Source: the human T2T-CHM13v2.0 reference genome, Homo sapiens. Taken from it: a DNA stretch of 64,000 nt. The position numbers and the translations under genes were made by a program. Shown here piece after piece: positions 39,559 through 54,194 of the stretch. The stretch lies in assembly GCF_009914755.1 (NCBI RefSeq), contig NC_060947.1; one strand, 5' to 3'. Under the pieces are notes generated by a model. The model did no database searches and was not told the DNA's origin. It saw only the letters and a list, made by a program, of their open reading frames with translations. Position 1 is the first letter of the stretch; the number at the start of each line of letters is the position of its first letter.

Positions 39559-42500
39559 AAAAAGTTGATGTCTTTTTCATCTCTTTTATTATACAGTCAC
39601 TCCTCAATCCCCTTTTTTTCCTACAGTTTACCTCTTTTGACCTATAGAATTTCACATATTCAGATTTTGCTGATGGCATACTCTTGGTACAGGTCAATAT
39701 GTTTCTCTGTTTGCTATATTTCCTACGAATTGACAGTTGAATCCAGAGGTTTGATCAGACTCAGGTTAAATCTCTTTGACAAAGCCAGAGAGAATGATGT
39801 CTTCTTTCTTCAGGAGGCACATGGTTTTCTGTGATTTTTGTGATGTTAACAACTGTTGTTTCTCAGTGTAGATCCATTAGTCCCAATGGGGTTGCAAAAT
39901 GGCGTTATTTTAACTTATTTATTTTTCATTCATTAATTTGAACACTTTTACAAATAATTACTTCTTATCTATTCTGGTTACCCAGTGGTACAGTTCATAC
40001 AGGAAAGGTAGGATAAATGCTTGATTCCCTTCATTTACAAAGGAATGGATGTTAATTCATCTCAAAGCAATGAATTGGCTCATTATCATCCTGATCATTC
40101 AAAATTGACATGAGATTTTAAAAAAATATTTTGTGCTCATGGATTCCAACATATTTGATGGCTTTCAATTAATTGCAACTGTTATTCTTTTAAAACTCAA
40201 ATTGTCCCATCTTTGGCTAGTGGAAGCCTCCTCGAGTTAGCTCCTGAGACCTTTTGGCTTGACCCTTGTAGTCTTTGATAGCTCCCTCAGTATCTGGTGT
40301 AATAAAATATTCCCAGATCATCATATGCATTTCTAATCCCAGACCTAGAATCATCCACTTCTCCCAATTGCCCTGGTTTCTTTTAATGGGAAATGATATT
40401 TAAGGACCCAAATTGGGTACCATCACTATTGGGTTTGCCATTGTTTCTAAGCCTCTTCAGTGGACAGAGCTCAGAAATACATGTATCTATGCAGTTAAAA
40501 AAAAAAAAGATAAAACGCCTCATCAGGTGTTACTGATACTTTCATTTCAAATTCAGCAATACAGTTTTTTGTTTTGTTTTGTTTTATGCTTTACCTGTCC
40601 CTTATTACATCTTGGTTCCTTTCTTCCACACAGAGAAACCTGGTCTTCAAGGACATGAGAAATTGTAGAATGCAATGTTCCATAATTGTTTATATTTTTT
40701 ACTCCACATTTCACACATACAAGTCTAAATAACGACACTGATACTCAACCACCAACATAATTGCCAAAAACAGTTAAAAAGTTTTGCCTATGTTTTCCCC
40801 CTTCCATTCTAAATAGTTGAACTATATGCACATTATCTGAGCATGTAGATGTTACACACAACAATCTTTCCCTTCTAACCCTCATTTAATATTTATTCTA
40901 AAAGTAACTATATATATGTTTAAGTCTTGTCAGCAGTCCTTATGTCAATGTCTTTCTAGTTTTTTTTGGTTGTCTGAAGTTTATTGTCTAGTGGATTTTT
41001 CAGGCAAGTTCATGAGAACAACATTCCCTGTTCTTGCATGTTGATAACAATTTTTGCCCTTTACACTGGAAAGTCAATTTTGCTGGATATAAAATCTTTG
41101 TCTCACATCTTCTTTCCTTGAGAATCTTAAATATACCTATTTCCTTCTGGCTTAAAGCATTGATGTTGAAAATGAAGCTAATTTGTTCATTATAATTCAC
41201 AGGTTTTTTTTTTTGCCTACATGAACAAAGGATTTTTTTCTTTATATTTAAAGTCTAGTTATGTTATTAAAATATATCTTGATGTTAGTAATCCCAGGTC
41301 AGTATTCTCAGGTAAGCAGTGTGCTCCTATAGTTTCAAATCTTTAAAAACATTATTATTACAGTACAGTTTTCTTAATAATAATTTATAGTATTTGTTCT
41401 TTCTTTGCTTAGTTTTCTTCATTAGGAATTTCCATTATTCATAGGTTGAATTTTCTTTGCATATCTTCAATATCTGACTCTCTCAAATTCTTGTTATCTC
41501 TTCATTCATTGTAAAAATATTTCTCCCTGTTTACTCTCCATTTCATTTAAGGAATTGTATGTTGTATTTATTCATTCTTGATTTCCTTCTGGTTTCACCT
41601 TTATTTTTGAAGTAAAGTTTTTTTATTTTTAATTCCTTGTTGAGTTTAATCACACTTTTGTGTTTTTCTAACTCTGATCTTTTCATGTGTTTTATCTTTT
41701 TCTTAATGCCTTTAAGCCCGTTTTGAAAAAGTTTTGACCTGATCTATGGGCACGTCTTTCTAATGATTGCATTCTCTGTGGGAATGTTATTCTGTTCCTT
41801 ATTCTTTTTCTCATTTTTTAAGTGGCATTTGGCCTTGATAATTTTTGGTTACTTATCTTTATGTGAAATATATTGTCCTGAACTTTTCAGGAGAAGGTGG
41901 GATTCATTATAGCTTTTCTAGCTTCATAGAGCTCCTTTGTGGGTTAGTTCTATGTAGTGTTCAAGACTATGGTAGTTTGCTTTTTGCAATTTCTAGATTC
42001 TGTTCCTCTCCTTCCTTTTATCTAGACTCTCTCTTTCCTGCATCTCTGTTGCCCCTATCCTCATCCGTGTTTATTCTACTCCTAGCAATTTGTCTAAATT
42101 TGAGGGTCTTGTCCTGGAAAGGAGTCCTAGTATGTCAATTTTGAGAGTCCATAGGGCCTTAACTGCTCTACCTCCTGTAGACATTCTTACCAAGGGCCCT
42201 TGTCCTCATTTCTTAATGGAGTGGGCAACCTCCTGCAGTTTCAGCTGATGTTCTCAAATTGATCCATACTGTTTTCAGGGGAGCACCTTGGCTAGTTTGG
42301 CATTTTCCTGTTCTCTGGTCCTTCAGATATGAATACCTCTTTCTGCTTTCTCCCACACAGAAACTATTACCACTCAGGTGTCAGGGTTTTGGTGACTTTT
42401 TCATCTCTGCTTGTACTTTTGTGTTCCAAGTGATACCTTATCAGGTAGTTTGCTGGAAAATATTGTCTATGAGGTTTCTATTTTGCTCTCTAATGATTCT

Positions 42501-43859
42501 TTTTTATGTGAGAATTTGAAGAGACTCAGAAATGATGTCACTGTGTGACTGTCATCTTCGCAGCTTTTTCCATTCTTTCGAACATTAATTTTCAAAGTGC
42601 TCTTTTAAAGAGTGAAAATGCTTTATATCTGTTTTTTTTTTAAATCCTACCAGCAAACTTTGTGCTGGTAGCAGATAATAAGGTAATTTTGCTTTTAGAC
42701 ACCTACTGATGTCTAGAGTTGACTATATGAAGTTAAATTTTCATCATCCTCTTTAACCCACTAAATGCGGAAAAGTGCAAGCTGTAAGTGGGACTTATAT
42801 GATGGCTGGATACCAATTACAGGCCCATTGGGTCCATAATTTAAAAGACCCAAGTGATGCCTTCAAGTGGAGTCTATAGGGATTCAGTTATGTGGGTAAG
42901 TGGTGGTGATTGTGAGGATTGGGGGAAGGCATGTATTCTTACTGTGAATGTTTGAGCATTATGAGTATTCTCAATGAAATTGATTCTATCTATAAAATTT
43001 GAATAAAAATTTATTGAGGCCCTGGGAAAAGGGTTTCAACAGTTTTTGGGTTTTTAGCCGAGTTGTGTTCAGGGTTGTCTCTTAGGGAATATTCTCTCTC
43101 TTGGCAGGGAGAATTATCACTGGATTTACAGAAAAAGTGCCTCTTCAGACTTCCCTAGGTGTGTGGTGCAGTTTGCTGCTCTGTTTTTGCCCTTGGGTCT
43201 GTGTGATTACACTAACATATTGTATTCATCTCTGCTGCTTTTAAAATTTAAATGAGACATGACTTTATTCATTTATTGAGGGAAACATGCAGGGAGGTAT
43301 TAAGAGGCAACTCATTTCCCTTACATTCCTTGTTTATTTTAAAAGGCATATTAAAAAGGCTTCGGTTACTAGAAGGTTGCCAAATGGCTGAGCAAAATTA
43401 CAAAACCCCATGCAGAGTGCATTTGAAAATGTGAAAATCTGACTATGCAGACTTTTGGATTTTGCCCTTGCATTGATAATTCTCATTAGAAGACAAAACC
43501 AAAAACCTCACTGTGACATTAGCTAAACCATTTGATGTCTTTGGGCCCATTTTTCTTTATTAATTGATAAGATAGGTTTAGATATTTTCAAAGTTTCTTC
43601 TCTACCATTTGTAACTGCCAATGATCTTCTTAAAATCTACTAAAATGAAACAATTATACTATCATCACATTTCACACTAGGGCTTTAGCCCATGGGCCAT
43701 TTTAAAGTATTCAAAACATTTGTAAGCTTTGGAGTATATATAGGGTTTGGGCAGTTGCAGAGAGATACATTCAGGTTTAAAATATTTGAATGACAAGATT
43801 TAGTCCTATTCATGTGTTTCTAAGAGGAACCTTATAAAGCTTGTGCTCATCTTTCACAT

Positions 43860-45530
43860 CCTTAACTTTCTTCAAGATGTTCTTTGTTAAACAGAAATTT
43901 TTAATTTTGACAGTCAAGTTAATCAAATTTTTGCTTTATGGTTTGTGCTGTTGTTTTGTTTAAGAAGCTCGTCCCTTTGACAATGTCACAAAGGTATTCT
44001 CCTATGTTCTCTTCTATTATTTTATAGTTTTAATTTTCATACTCAAATATTTCATTTCAAGCTCCCATTGTTGCATAGTAGAAATCCAGTATTGCATTTC
44101 TTTGTATAATGAGCCAGTTTTCCCTGAGGCCATACAAAGAGCAGTTCTTCTTTCCTCCATTAATTTGTGGTGTTCTTTTAGATATAAAGTTTTCATACAT
44201 TCATGAGGCTGTCCGTAGGGTTTCTATTTGGTTTCACTGGTCTATTTGCTCAATTTTCTGGCCAGTGTCTTACTGTATTTATTACTATGGGATTTATGGA
44301 TCTTTTAAACCATAGCTAGGCTAAGTCCTCCCTCTTTGCTCTTCTTTTTCAAAGTTGAATAGCTATTTGTACATACTTTTCTTCCATATAAATTTCAAAA
44401 TAATTTTATTAAGTTCCTAAAAAAATCCAGCTATGATTTCTGCAGAATTTGCATTGAATTTATAGATTAATTTTGGAAGAATTGGATTCTTCATAATATT
44501 AAATTGATTCAGCTCAGAACACAAAATCTCTCTCTATATATTCAGAACTTTTATGTTATTTAATATTGTTCAACAATGGCTACACTGAGATCTTGTGTAT
44601 TTATTGTATACATTTTATTGCTATTATAAAAGGCATATTATTTTTATTATAATTTCTAGTTGGTTATTGCTGTAATAGGAAAATATTATGAATTTTTCTA
44701 AGTTGATCTTGAGTCAGCAAACTTGCTGAGGCTTCACTGTTAATCTAATGATATATCATTTAATTCTGTTAATTTTTTTCAATGTAGTTCATTTATTCTT
44801 TCTGCAAATGACACCATTTTATCTCTTACCTTGCAATCTATATGCTTTATTTTCTTTCCTTGCCTCAGGGCTTTGACCAAGATCTCTAGCACTCAAGATG
44901 GGCATTCTTATCTTCTTCCTGTTCTTGAAGAGTCTGTGCCTATTTCCCATTAAGCATACTATTTACTATATATATTCTTAGCTTATCATCTTGACAAAAT
45001 TAGAAAGTTTTATTCTATTTTTAGTTTACTAAATCTTTTAAAAATCATAAATAGATGTTGAAAATTTGCTCAATTTTTTTGTAATACACTTTTGGATTTT
45101 GTTGGCTAATTTAATATTTATGGGTTATGTTCATACATATTAAAATCAGCTTACATATATTTTTGTTACATTGTCTTTAACTAATTTGGAAATCTAGATA
45201 ACCTTAGCTTCATAAAACAAGTCAGAAGCTTTCACTCTTTCTCTACATTCTGGAATGACTTGTAGAAGTGATGAATTGTTCCTTGAAAGTTTGATGAAAC
45301 TCACCTGCCAAACAATCTTGACTGGGTCTTTTTATGGCAAGGAAGACCTTTACTTGCCATTTCAATTTATTTATGCTTTTTTCACCTATAAATGTTTAAC
45401 TTTTTTCCATAAATGTATCCTTTTAGTTTGGGTTTTCAAATTTCTCAATATGTAGATGTTTATAGCATGTTTTTATTGTTTTTAAAAGCCACCATTTTCA
45501 GTCTGTATTTTATTTGCAGAATAATTTCTT
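43860..45530 (-). mobile_element. Degenerate L1ME-type ORF2 fragment (host of the next L1MA; resumes at 53523)
   Basis: 'tctttgctcttctttttcaaag...cttccatataaatttc...tgcattgaatttatagattaattttggaagaattg'. Confidence 0.75.
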
Positions 45531-48500
45531 TATTATTGATTTATTTATTGATTTTTTTAAATTTAAATTTTAACTTTTGTGGGGACATGTAACCCATATA
45601 TTGATGGGTTACAGGAGACATTTTGTTACAGGCATACAATGCGTAATAATCACATTAGGGCAAATGGGGTATCTACCCCCTCAAACATTTATCCCTTGCA
45701 TTACAAACAATCCAATTATAATCTTTTAGTTATTTAAAAATGTACAATTAAATTATTTCTGACTATAGTCACCATGTGCTAGTAAGTGCTGGTCTTATTC
45801 ATTCTAACTATGTTTTTGTACCCATTAAACATCCCCACTTCCCCTGCCCCGCCCATTCCCCCTACACTTCCCAGTCTCTGGTAACCATGCTTCTACTCTT
45901 TATCTCAATGAGTTCAATTGTTTTCATTTTTAGCTCCGACAAATCAGTGAGAACATGCAAGGTTTGTCTTTCTGTGCCTGGCTTATTTCAATTAATTATG
46001 ATCTCCAGTTCCATCCATGTTGTTGCAAATGACAGAATCTCATTATTTTTTTATGGCTGAATGGTACTCCATTGTGTATAAGTACCATGTTCTATTTATC
46101 TATTCTTCTGTTGATGTACACATAGGTTGCTTCCAAATCCTGGCTATTGTAAACAGTGCTGCAACAAATATGAGAGTGCAGATATCTCTTCAGTATACTG
46201 ATTTCCTTTCTTTTGGGTATATATCCAGGAGTGGGATTGTTGGATCATATGGTAGCTTTATTTTTAATTTTTTGAAGAGCCACCAAACTGTCCTCCATAG
46301 CGGTTATACTATTTCCATTCCCACTAATAGTATACCAGGGTTCCCTTTTCTCCACATCCTCACCAGCATTTGTTATTGCTAACTTTTGGATAAAAGTCAT
46401 TTTAACTGGGGTGAAATGATATCTCATTGTAGTTTTGATTTGCATTTCTCTGATGATCAATGATGTTGAGCTCCCTTTCATATGCCTGCTTGCCATTTGT
46501 ATGTCTTCTTTTGAGAAATGTCTATTTACATATTTTGCCCATGTTTGATGGGATTATCAGACTTTTACCTATAGAGTTGTTTGAGCTTCTTATGTATTCT
46601 GGTTATTAATCCCTAGTTAGATGGGTTATTTACAAATATTTTCTCCTATTCTGTGGGTTGTCTCTTTGTTGATTGTTTCCTTTGCTGTGCAGAAGCTTTT
46701 TAACTTGATGTGATCCCATTTGCCCATTTTTGCTTTGGTTACCTGTGCTTGTGGGGCATTGTTCAAGAAATCTTTGCCCAGACCAATGTTCTGGAAATTT
46801 TCCCCAATGTCTTCTTGTAGTAGTTTCATAGTTCAAATGTGAGATGTAAGCCTTTAATCTATTTTGATTTGATTTTTGTATATGGCAGAGATAGGGGGTC
46901 TCATTTCATCCTTTTGCATATGAATGATCCAGTTTCCCCAGTACCATTTATTGAAGAGACTGTCCTTTCCCCAGAGTATGTTCTTGGCAACTTTGTCAAA
47001 AATGAGTTCACTGTAGATGTATGGCTTTATCTCTGTGTTCTTTATTCTGTTCCACTGATCCATGTGTCTGTTTTTATGCCAGTACCATGCTGTTTTGATG
47101 ACTATAGCTTTGTAGTATAATTTGAAGTCTGGTAATATGGTTGTCCCAGTTTCATTCTCTTTGGCTATTCTGGGTATTTTCTGGCTCCATAAACGTTTTA
47201 GAATTGTTTTTTCTATTTCTGTGAAGAATGTCATTGGTACTTTGATAAGGATTGCATTGAATCTGTAGATTGCTTTGGGTATTATGGACATTTTAACAAT
47301 ATTGATTCTTCTAATCCATGAACATAAAATATCTTTCCATATTTTTGTGACTTCTTCAATTTATTGCATCAATGTTTTATAATTTTCATTGTAGAGATCT
47401 TTCACTTCTTTGGTTAATTCCTAGATATTTAATTTTATTTGTAGCTATTATTGTAAATGAGGTTGCTTTCTTGATTTCTTTTTCAGATTGTTCACTGTTG
47501 GCATATTGAAATATCACTGGTTTTTGTATGTTGATTTTGTATCCTGCAATTTTACTGAATTTGTTTATCAGTTCTAATAGTTTTTTTGGTGTAGTCTTTA
47601 GGTTTTTCCAAACATAAGATCTTATCTTCTGAAAACAAGAATAATTTGACTTCCTCTTTTCTAATTTGGATGCCTTATATTTCTTTCTTTTTTCTGATTG
47701 TTCTAACTAGGACTTCCAGTACTATGTTGAATGACAGTGGTGAAAGTGGGCATCCTTGTTCCAGATCTTAGAGGAAAGGCTTTCTGTTTTTCCCCATTCT
47801 GTATGATACTAGCTATGAGTCTGTTACATAAGACTTTTATTAAGTTGAGATATGTTCCTTTTATATTCAGTTTTTTGATGGTTTTTGTTATGAAGGGATG
47901 TTGAATTTTATCAAATGCTTTTGCAGCATCAATTGAAATGACCTTATGGTTTTTGTCCTTCATTCTGTTGATATGATCTATGACATTAACTGATTTGCAT
48001 GTGTTGAACTGTCCTTGCATCCCTGGGATAAATCCCACTTGGTTATGATAAATGATCTTTTGAATGTTTTGTTGAATTTGGTTTGCTAGTATTTTGTTGA
48101 GGACTTTTTGCATCAATATTAATCAGTGATGTTGGCTTATAGTTTCTTTTTTTATGTGTCTTTGTCAGATTTTGGTATCAGGTAATACTGGCCTTGGAGA
48201 ATAAGTTAGGAAGTTTTCCTTCCTCTTTTATTTTTTGTAATAGTTTGAGTAGGATTGGTATTAATTCTTCTTTAAATGTTTGGTAGAATTCAGCAGTGAA
48301 GCCATCAGGTCCCAGGTTTTTCTTCGCTGGGAGACCTTCTATTATGGCTTTGACATAGTGTTAGTGCTGTATGTGTCAAGAAATTTATTCATTTATTCTA
48401 GATTTTTCCAATTTTTTGGCATATAGTTGCTCATAGAAGCCATTAATGATTCATTTAATTTGTGGAGGATCAGTTGTAATGCCTCATTTTTCATCCTGAT

Positions 48501-49309
48501 TTTATATATTTGGGTCTTCTCTCTGTTTTTAGTTAGTCTGGCTAAAGGTTTGTCAATTTTATCTTTTCAGAAAATCAGCTTTTTTTGATATTTTGTATTG
48601 TTGTTCTATTTCAAATTCATTTATTTCTGCCTTGATCCTTATTTCTTTTCTCCTACTAATTCTGGGTTTGGTTTGCTCTTGCTTTTGTAGTTACTTAAGA
48701 TGCATTGTCAGGTTGTTTATTTGAAGTTTTCCTTTTTTGATGCAGAAATTTATATAAACTTCCCTCTTAGTATTGCTTTTGCTGTATCCCATAGGTTTGG
48801 GTATTTTGTGTTTCCATCATCATTTATTTCCAGAAATTTTTGTTTACTTTTTAATTTCTTCATTTAACCACTGGTCTTTCAAGGGCATGTTGTTTAATTT
48901 CCATATATTTGTATAGTTTCCAAAATTCATCTTGTTATTGATTTGCAGTTTTATTCTAATGTGGCAGAAAAGATGCTTGATGTTATTTCAATTTGTTTGA
49001 ATGTTTTAAGACTTGTTTTGTGACCTAATATATGGTATATCTTTGAGAGTGATCCATGTGCTGAAGAAAGGTATGCATTTTCTGTAGCCATTGGGTGAAA
49101 TATTCTGTAAATATCTATCAGGTCCATTTGATCTATAGTGCAGATTAAGTCCGATGTTTCTTTGTTGATTTTTTGTCTGGAAGATCTGTCCAATGCTGAA
49201 AGTGGAGTGTTGAAGTCTCCAGCTATTTTTGTATTGTGGCGTAGCTCTCTCTTTGGCTCTAATAATATTTGCTTTATATATTTGGGTGCTCCAGTGTTGG
49301 GTGCATATA

Positions 49310-49407
49310 TTAGGTTGGTGCTAAAGTAATTGTGGTTTCTGCCCATTAGAAGTAATTTCTGCCCATTACTTTTAATGGCAGAAATCAGAATTACTTTTGC
49401 ACAACTG
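49310..49407. mobile_element. MADE1 (Hsmar1 mariner MITE), elongated variant, TA TSD
   Basis: TIRs 'ttaggttggtgctaaagtaattg' and 'aattacttttgcacaac'; inserted at a TA in the L1 EN-coding sequence 'gtgcatata|tatttataatt'. Confidence 0.9.
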
Positions 49408-50920
49408 TATATTTATAATTGTTATATCATCTTGCTGAATTGACCCTTTATCATTATATAGTGACCTTCTTTGTCTCTCCTTATAGTTTTTGTCTTGAAA
49501 TCTATTTTGTCTAAGTATAGCTACTCTTTCTCTCTTTTTGGTTTTATTTCGAATGGAATATCTTTTTCCATCCCTTTATTTCAGTCTATGTGTGTTTTTA
49601 TAGGTGAAGTGTGTTTCTTGTAGTCAACAGATCATTCGGTATTGTTTTTTGTTTTTAATCCATTCAGCCACTGTACATCTTTTGATTGGGAGAGTTTAGT
49701 CCATTTACATTCGATGTTGTTATTGATAAGTACTGACTCTTGCCATTCTGTTATTTGTTTTCTGGTTGTTTTATAGTCTTCTCTTCCTTCTTTTCTTCTT
49801 TCCTGTTGTCTTTTCAGTGAAGGTAATTTTCTCTAGAGGTATGATTTAATTTCTTGTCTTTAATATTTTTGTATATCTGTTGTATGTTTTTCAATTTGAG
49901 GTTACCATGAGGCTTGCCAATAATGCCTCATAACCCATTATTTTTAACTGATAACAACTTAACATTGTTTGCATGAACAAACAAGCAAAAAATGAAACTA
50001 ATACAAACTCTACACCTTGTCTCCCTGCTTTTTCACTTTTTATTGTTTCTATTTGTATCTTATTGTACTGTGTATGTCTTAAAAAGTTGTTGTAGTTATT
50101 ATTTTTGATTAGTTCATCGTTTAGTCCTTTTATTTAAGAGCAGTTTATGCACCATGGTTACAGTGTTATAATATTTTGTGGGTTTTGTGTACTTAATGTT
50201 ACCAGTGAATTTTGTATCTTTAAATGATTTATTATTGCTCATTAATGTCCTTTTCTTTCTCACTAAAATATTGCCTTTAGCATTCCTTGTAGGACAGATT
50301 TGATGTTGATTAAATCCCTCAGCTTTTATTTGTCTGGGAAAGTCTTTATTTCTCCTTCATATTTGATGGATATTTTTGCTGGATATATTATTCTAGGGTA
50401 AAAGTTTTTTCCTTCAGCACTTTAAATATGTCATGCCACTCTTTCCCGGCCTGTAAGGTTTCCACTGAAAAGTTTGCTGTCAGATGTATTGGACCTCCAT
50501 TGTATGTTATTTGTTTCTTTTCTCTTGCTGCTTTTAGGATCCTTTCTTTATCTTTGACCTTTGGAAGTGTGATTATTAAATGCCTTGATACAATCTTCTT
50601 TGAGTTAAATCTACTTGGTGTTCAATAACATTCTTGTACTTGAATAGTGATATCTTTCTCTAGGTTTGAGAAGTTCTCTGTTAACTCTTTGAATAAACTT
50701 TCTACCCCTATCTCTTTCTCTACCTCCTCTTTAAGGCCAATAACTCTTAGATTTACCCTTTTGAAGTATTTTCTAGATCCTGTATATCTGCTTCATTTTT
50801 TTCTTTCTTTTTTTTTTTTTTTTTTTGGTCTCCTCTGACTGTGTATTTTCCAATAATCTGTCTTCAACCTCACCAATTCTTTTTTTTTTTCTTGATCAGT
50901 TCTTTTATTAAGAGCCTGTA

Positions 50921-51248
<328 letters not shown>

Positions 51249-53522
51249 TCAGTCAGTGTCACTTGCATTTTTCAACTCCAGAATTTGTGCTTCATTCTTT
51301 TAAATTATTTCAATGTCTTTGCTAAGTTTATCTGATAGAATTCTGAATTCCATCTGTGCATTACCTTGAATTTCTTTGAGTTCTCAAAACAGTTAATTTG
51401 CATTCTCTATCTGAAAGCTCACATATCTCTGTTTCTCCAGGATTAGTCCCTGGAGCCTTATTTAGCTCCTTTAGTGAGGTCCTGTTTTCCTGGATTGTCT
51501 TGATGCTTGTAGATATTTGTCTGTGTCTCCGCATTGAAGAGTTAGGTATTTATTGTAGTCTTTGCAATCTGAGCTTGTTTGTACCCATCCAGGTATTTGA
51601 AAGGACTTGGGTGTTGTGATCTAAGCTGTATCTGCATTAGGGTGCACCCCAAGCCCAGTAATGCTGTAATTCTTGCAAACTCATAGAGGTACCACCTTGA
51701 TGGTCTTGGATAAGATCTGGAAGAATTCTCTGGATTACCAGGCAGAAACTCTTATTCTCTTCCCTTACTTTCTCCCAAATAAACAGAGTCTCTATGTTCT
51801 GAGCCACCTGGTCCTGGGGTTGGAGTGATACAAGCACCCCTGTGACCACCACCACTGAGACTATGCTGAGTCAGACCTAAAGCCAGCACAGCGCTGGATC
51901 TCACCAAGGCCCACTGTAATCACTGCCTGACTACTGCCTAAGTTTGTTCAAGGCCCTGGGGCTCTACAATTAGCAGGTGGTGAAGCCAGCCAGGCTATGA
52001 CCTTTCCTTTAGGGTGGTGAGATCCCCCAGGCCCCAGGCATGTCCAGGTACCTTTTGGGAGCCAGGCACTGGAGTAAAAGACCTTACAAATCTACTTGGT
52101 GTTCTATTGTGCTGTGGCTGAGATGGCACTCAAATAATGACATTCAGTCCTTCCTACTCTTCCCTCTCCTTTCCACAGGCAGAGATGCCTCACCCCATGG
52201 CTGCACCATCACAGGCCCATGAGGAGTATTGCCAGGCTCCCCGTGATGTTCCCTTAAGGCCCAAGTCCTCTTCAGTCAGCTGGTGGTGAATGCTGCCTGG
52301 TCTGTGACTCACCCTTCAGGGCAGTGGCCTCCTCTTTTGCCTAGGGCAGGTCCAGGAATGCCATACAAGAGCCAAGGCCTGGAACTGGGGACCCCAGGAG
52401 CCTGCTTGGCACTCCACCCCCCTGTGGCTGAGCCTGTGTCTAAGGTGCAATAAAAACTCCCCTTTTCTTTTCCCTCCACTTTTCTCAAGCAGGAAGAGTC
52501 TCTCCTCATATTCACCATAGCTGAGAATGTGCTGAGTCTCATCTGAAACCAGCAAGTCTCAGATGCTCATCCAAGACCCATGGCATACTACCTGGGTATT
52601 GCTGCTGGTTATTCAGGTCCCAAGGGCTCTTTAGTCAGCAGGTGATAGGTCCTGCCAGGACTGGATCCTTCCCTTCAAGGCAGCAGGTTCCCTTCCGGCC
52701 CAGAGTGTGTCTAGAAATGTTGTCCAGGAACTAGTGCCTGGAAAGGGGGCCTCCGAACTCTGACTGGTGCCCTATCCTCCTGTGGCTGAGCTGGTATCCA
52801 AGATGCAAGACAAAGCCCTCTTTATTCTTCCCTCTCCTCTCCTCAAGCAAAAGGGAGGGGTCTCTTTTGGAGCCATGGGCTGTGCTGCCTCGGGTTGGGG
52901 AAGGAGTGGTGCAAGCATTTCCTTATCCTCCTTGACTGTCACAGTAGGTCACATGCCCCCAGCTCTGAGCCTAGTTCAGCACTAGGACTTGCCTAGGAGT
53001 AGTAGTCCTTGTGACCTAGACTGACTTTCAAGTTTATTTACGGACCCAGAGCACTTTAGCCCATGGTAGTGAGGCTTGTCAGAACTCAAGATCTGACTGT
53101 TTGGATAGGTGTTTCCCTTCTGACTAGGTCTGATTTAGATACTCCCTCTGTGGGTGGGCATCAGCTGAGTTCAGCCTGGTTTTGCTTTCTGCTCTGACAG
53201 GGCAGCACTGAATTCAGTGCAATGTCTTATAATTGCTGTGCTCTCCCTCTCCCAACAGATTCTCTCTATGCACACTGCTGGGGAATGGGGGATAAATGGT
53301 GCTGGCAACTCAAGACTGTGTTTCCCACTGTCTTCAGTGCCACTTTCAGTGATATGAAGTTGAAACCAGGTGCTGTGATTGCTCACCTGATTTGTGGCTC
53401 TTGTAAGGTGCTTTTTATTGTGTGTGTGTGTGTAGATAGTTATTAAATTAGTATCCTTGTGGGGGTGGGGGGACAACAGGTGGAGCCTTCTATTCAGCCA
53501 TCTTGCTGCACTGACGAAGTTC

Positions 53523-54154
53523 CAGATTCATTTCTTGATCAGTCTTACCAAAAGACTATCTATCTTAATATTTTCAAAGACAGGTTTTGGTTTTCTTCAT
53601 CCTGTTTTGTAAGTCTGCCTTTACTATTTGCTTCCTTCTTGTTTATTGAGTTTGTTTTGCGGCTGTTTATCCACCTTCTTGTGTTGAAGTTTTTGTTAGT
53701 TTTCAACCTTTCTGATAGTCTGATAATTATATTTAAACATAAACATCCTTCTAGGTGTGGCTTTAGATGTGTCCCACTAACTGTCAACATGTGGGGCTGT
53801 ACATTCAGTGGATGTGCATGTTTCTCCCAGCACTTCTGCTGTTGTTTGAGGCTGTACTAAGAACATCTATGTTTCTTATGAATATGTTTCCACTCTGTTG
53901 TTCTTTTTATGGGTAGATAATATTCTATGATATTTCTTTTGGTATTTTCAGCTAAAATGTTTTGCTTGTTTTTTTCTTTGCTTTTGTTTAGTTTGGTTGT
54001 TGTTAGATAATAAAATTCCCATCTCAGCATTCTCTTCATTTTATATTTACTCGGTATATCTTTCCCAGCCTTTGATTTTTGACAGTTTTCACTTTTTTTT
54101 TGTTTTAGGTATATATACCTTTTATAGAAATCATCCTGTTGACACAGTATATGC

Positions 54155-54194
<40 letters not shown>

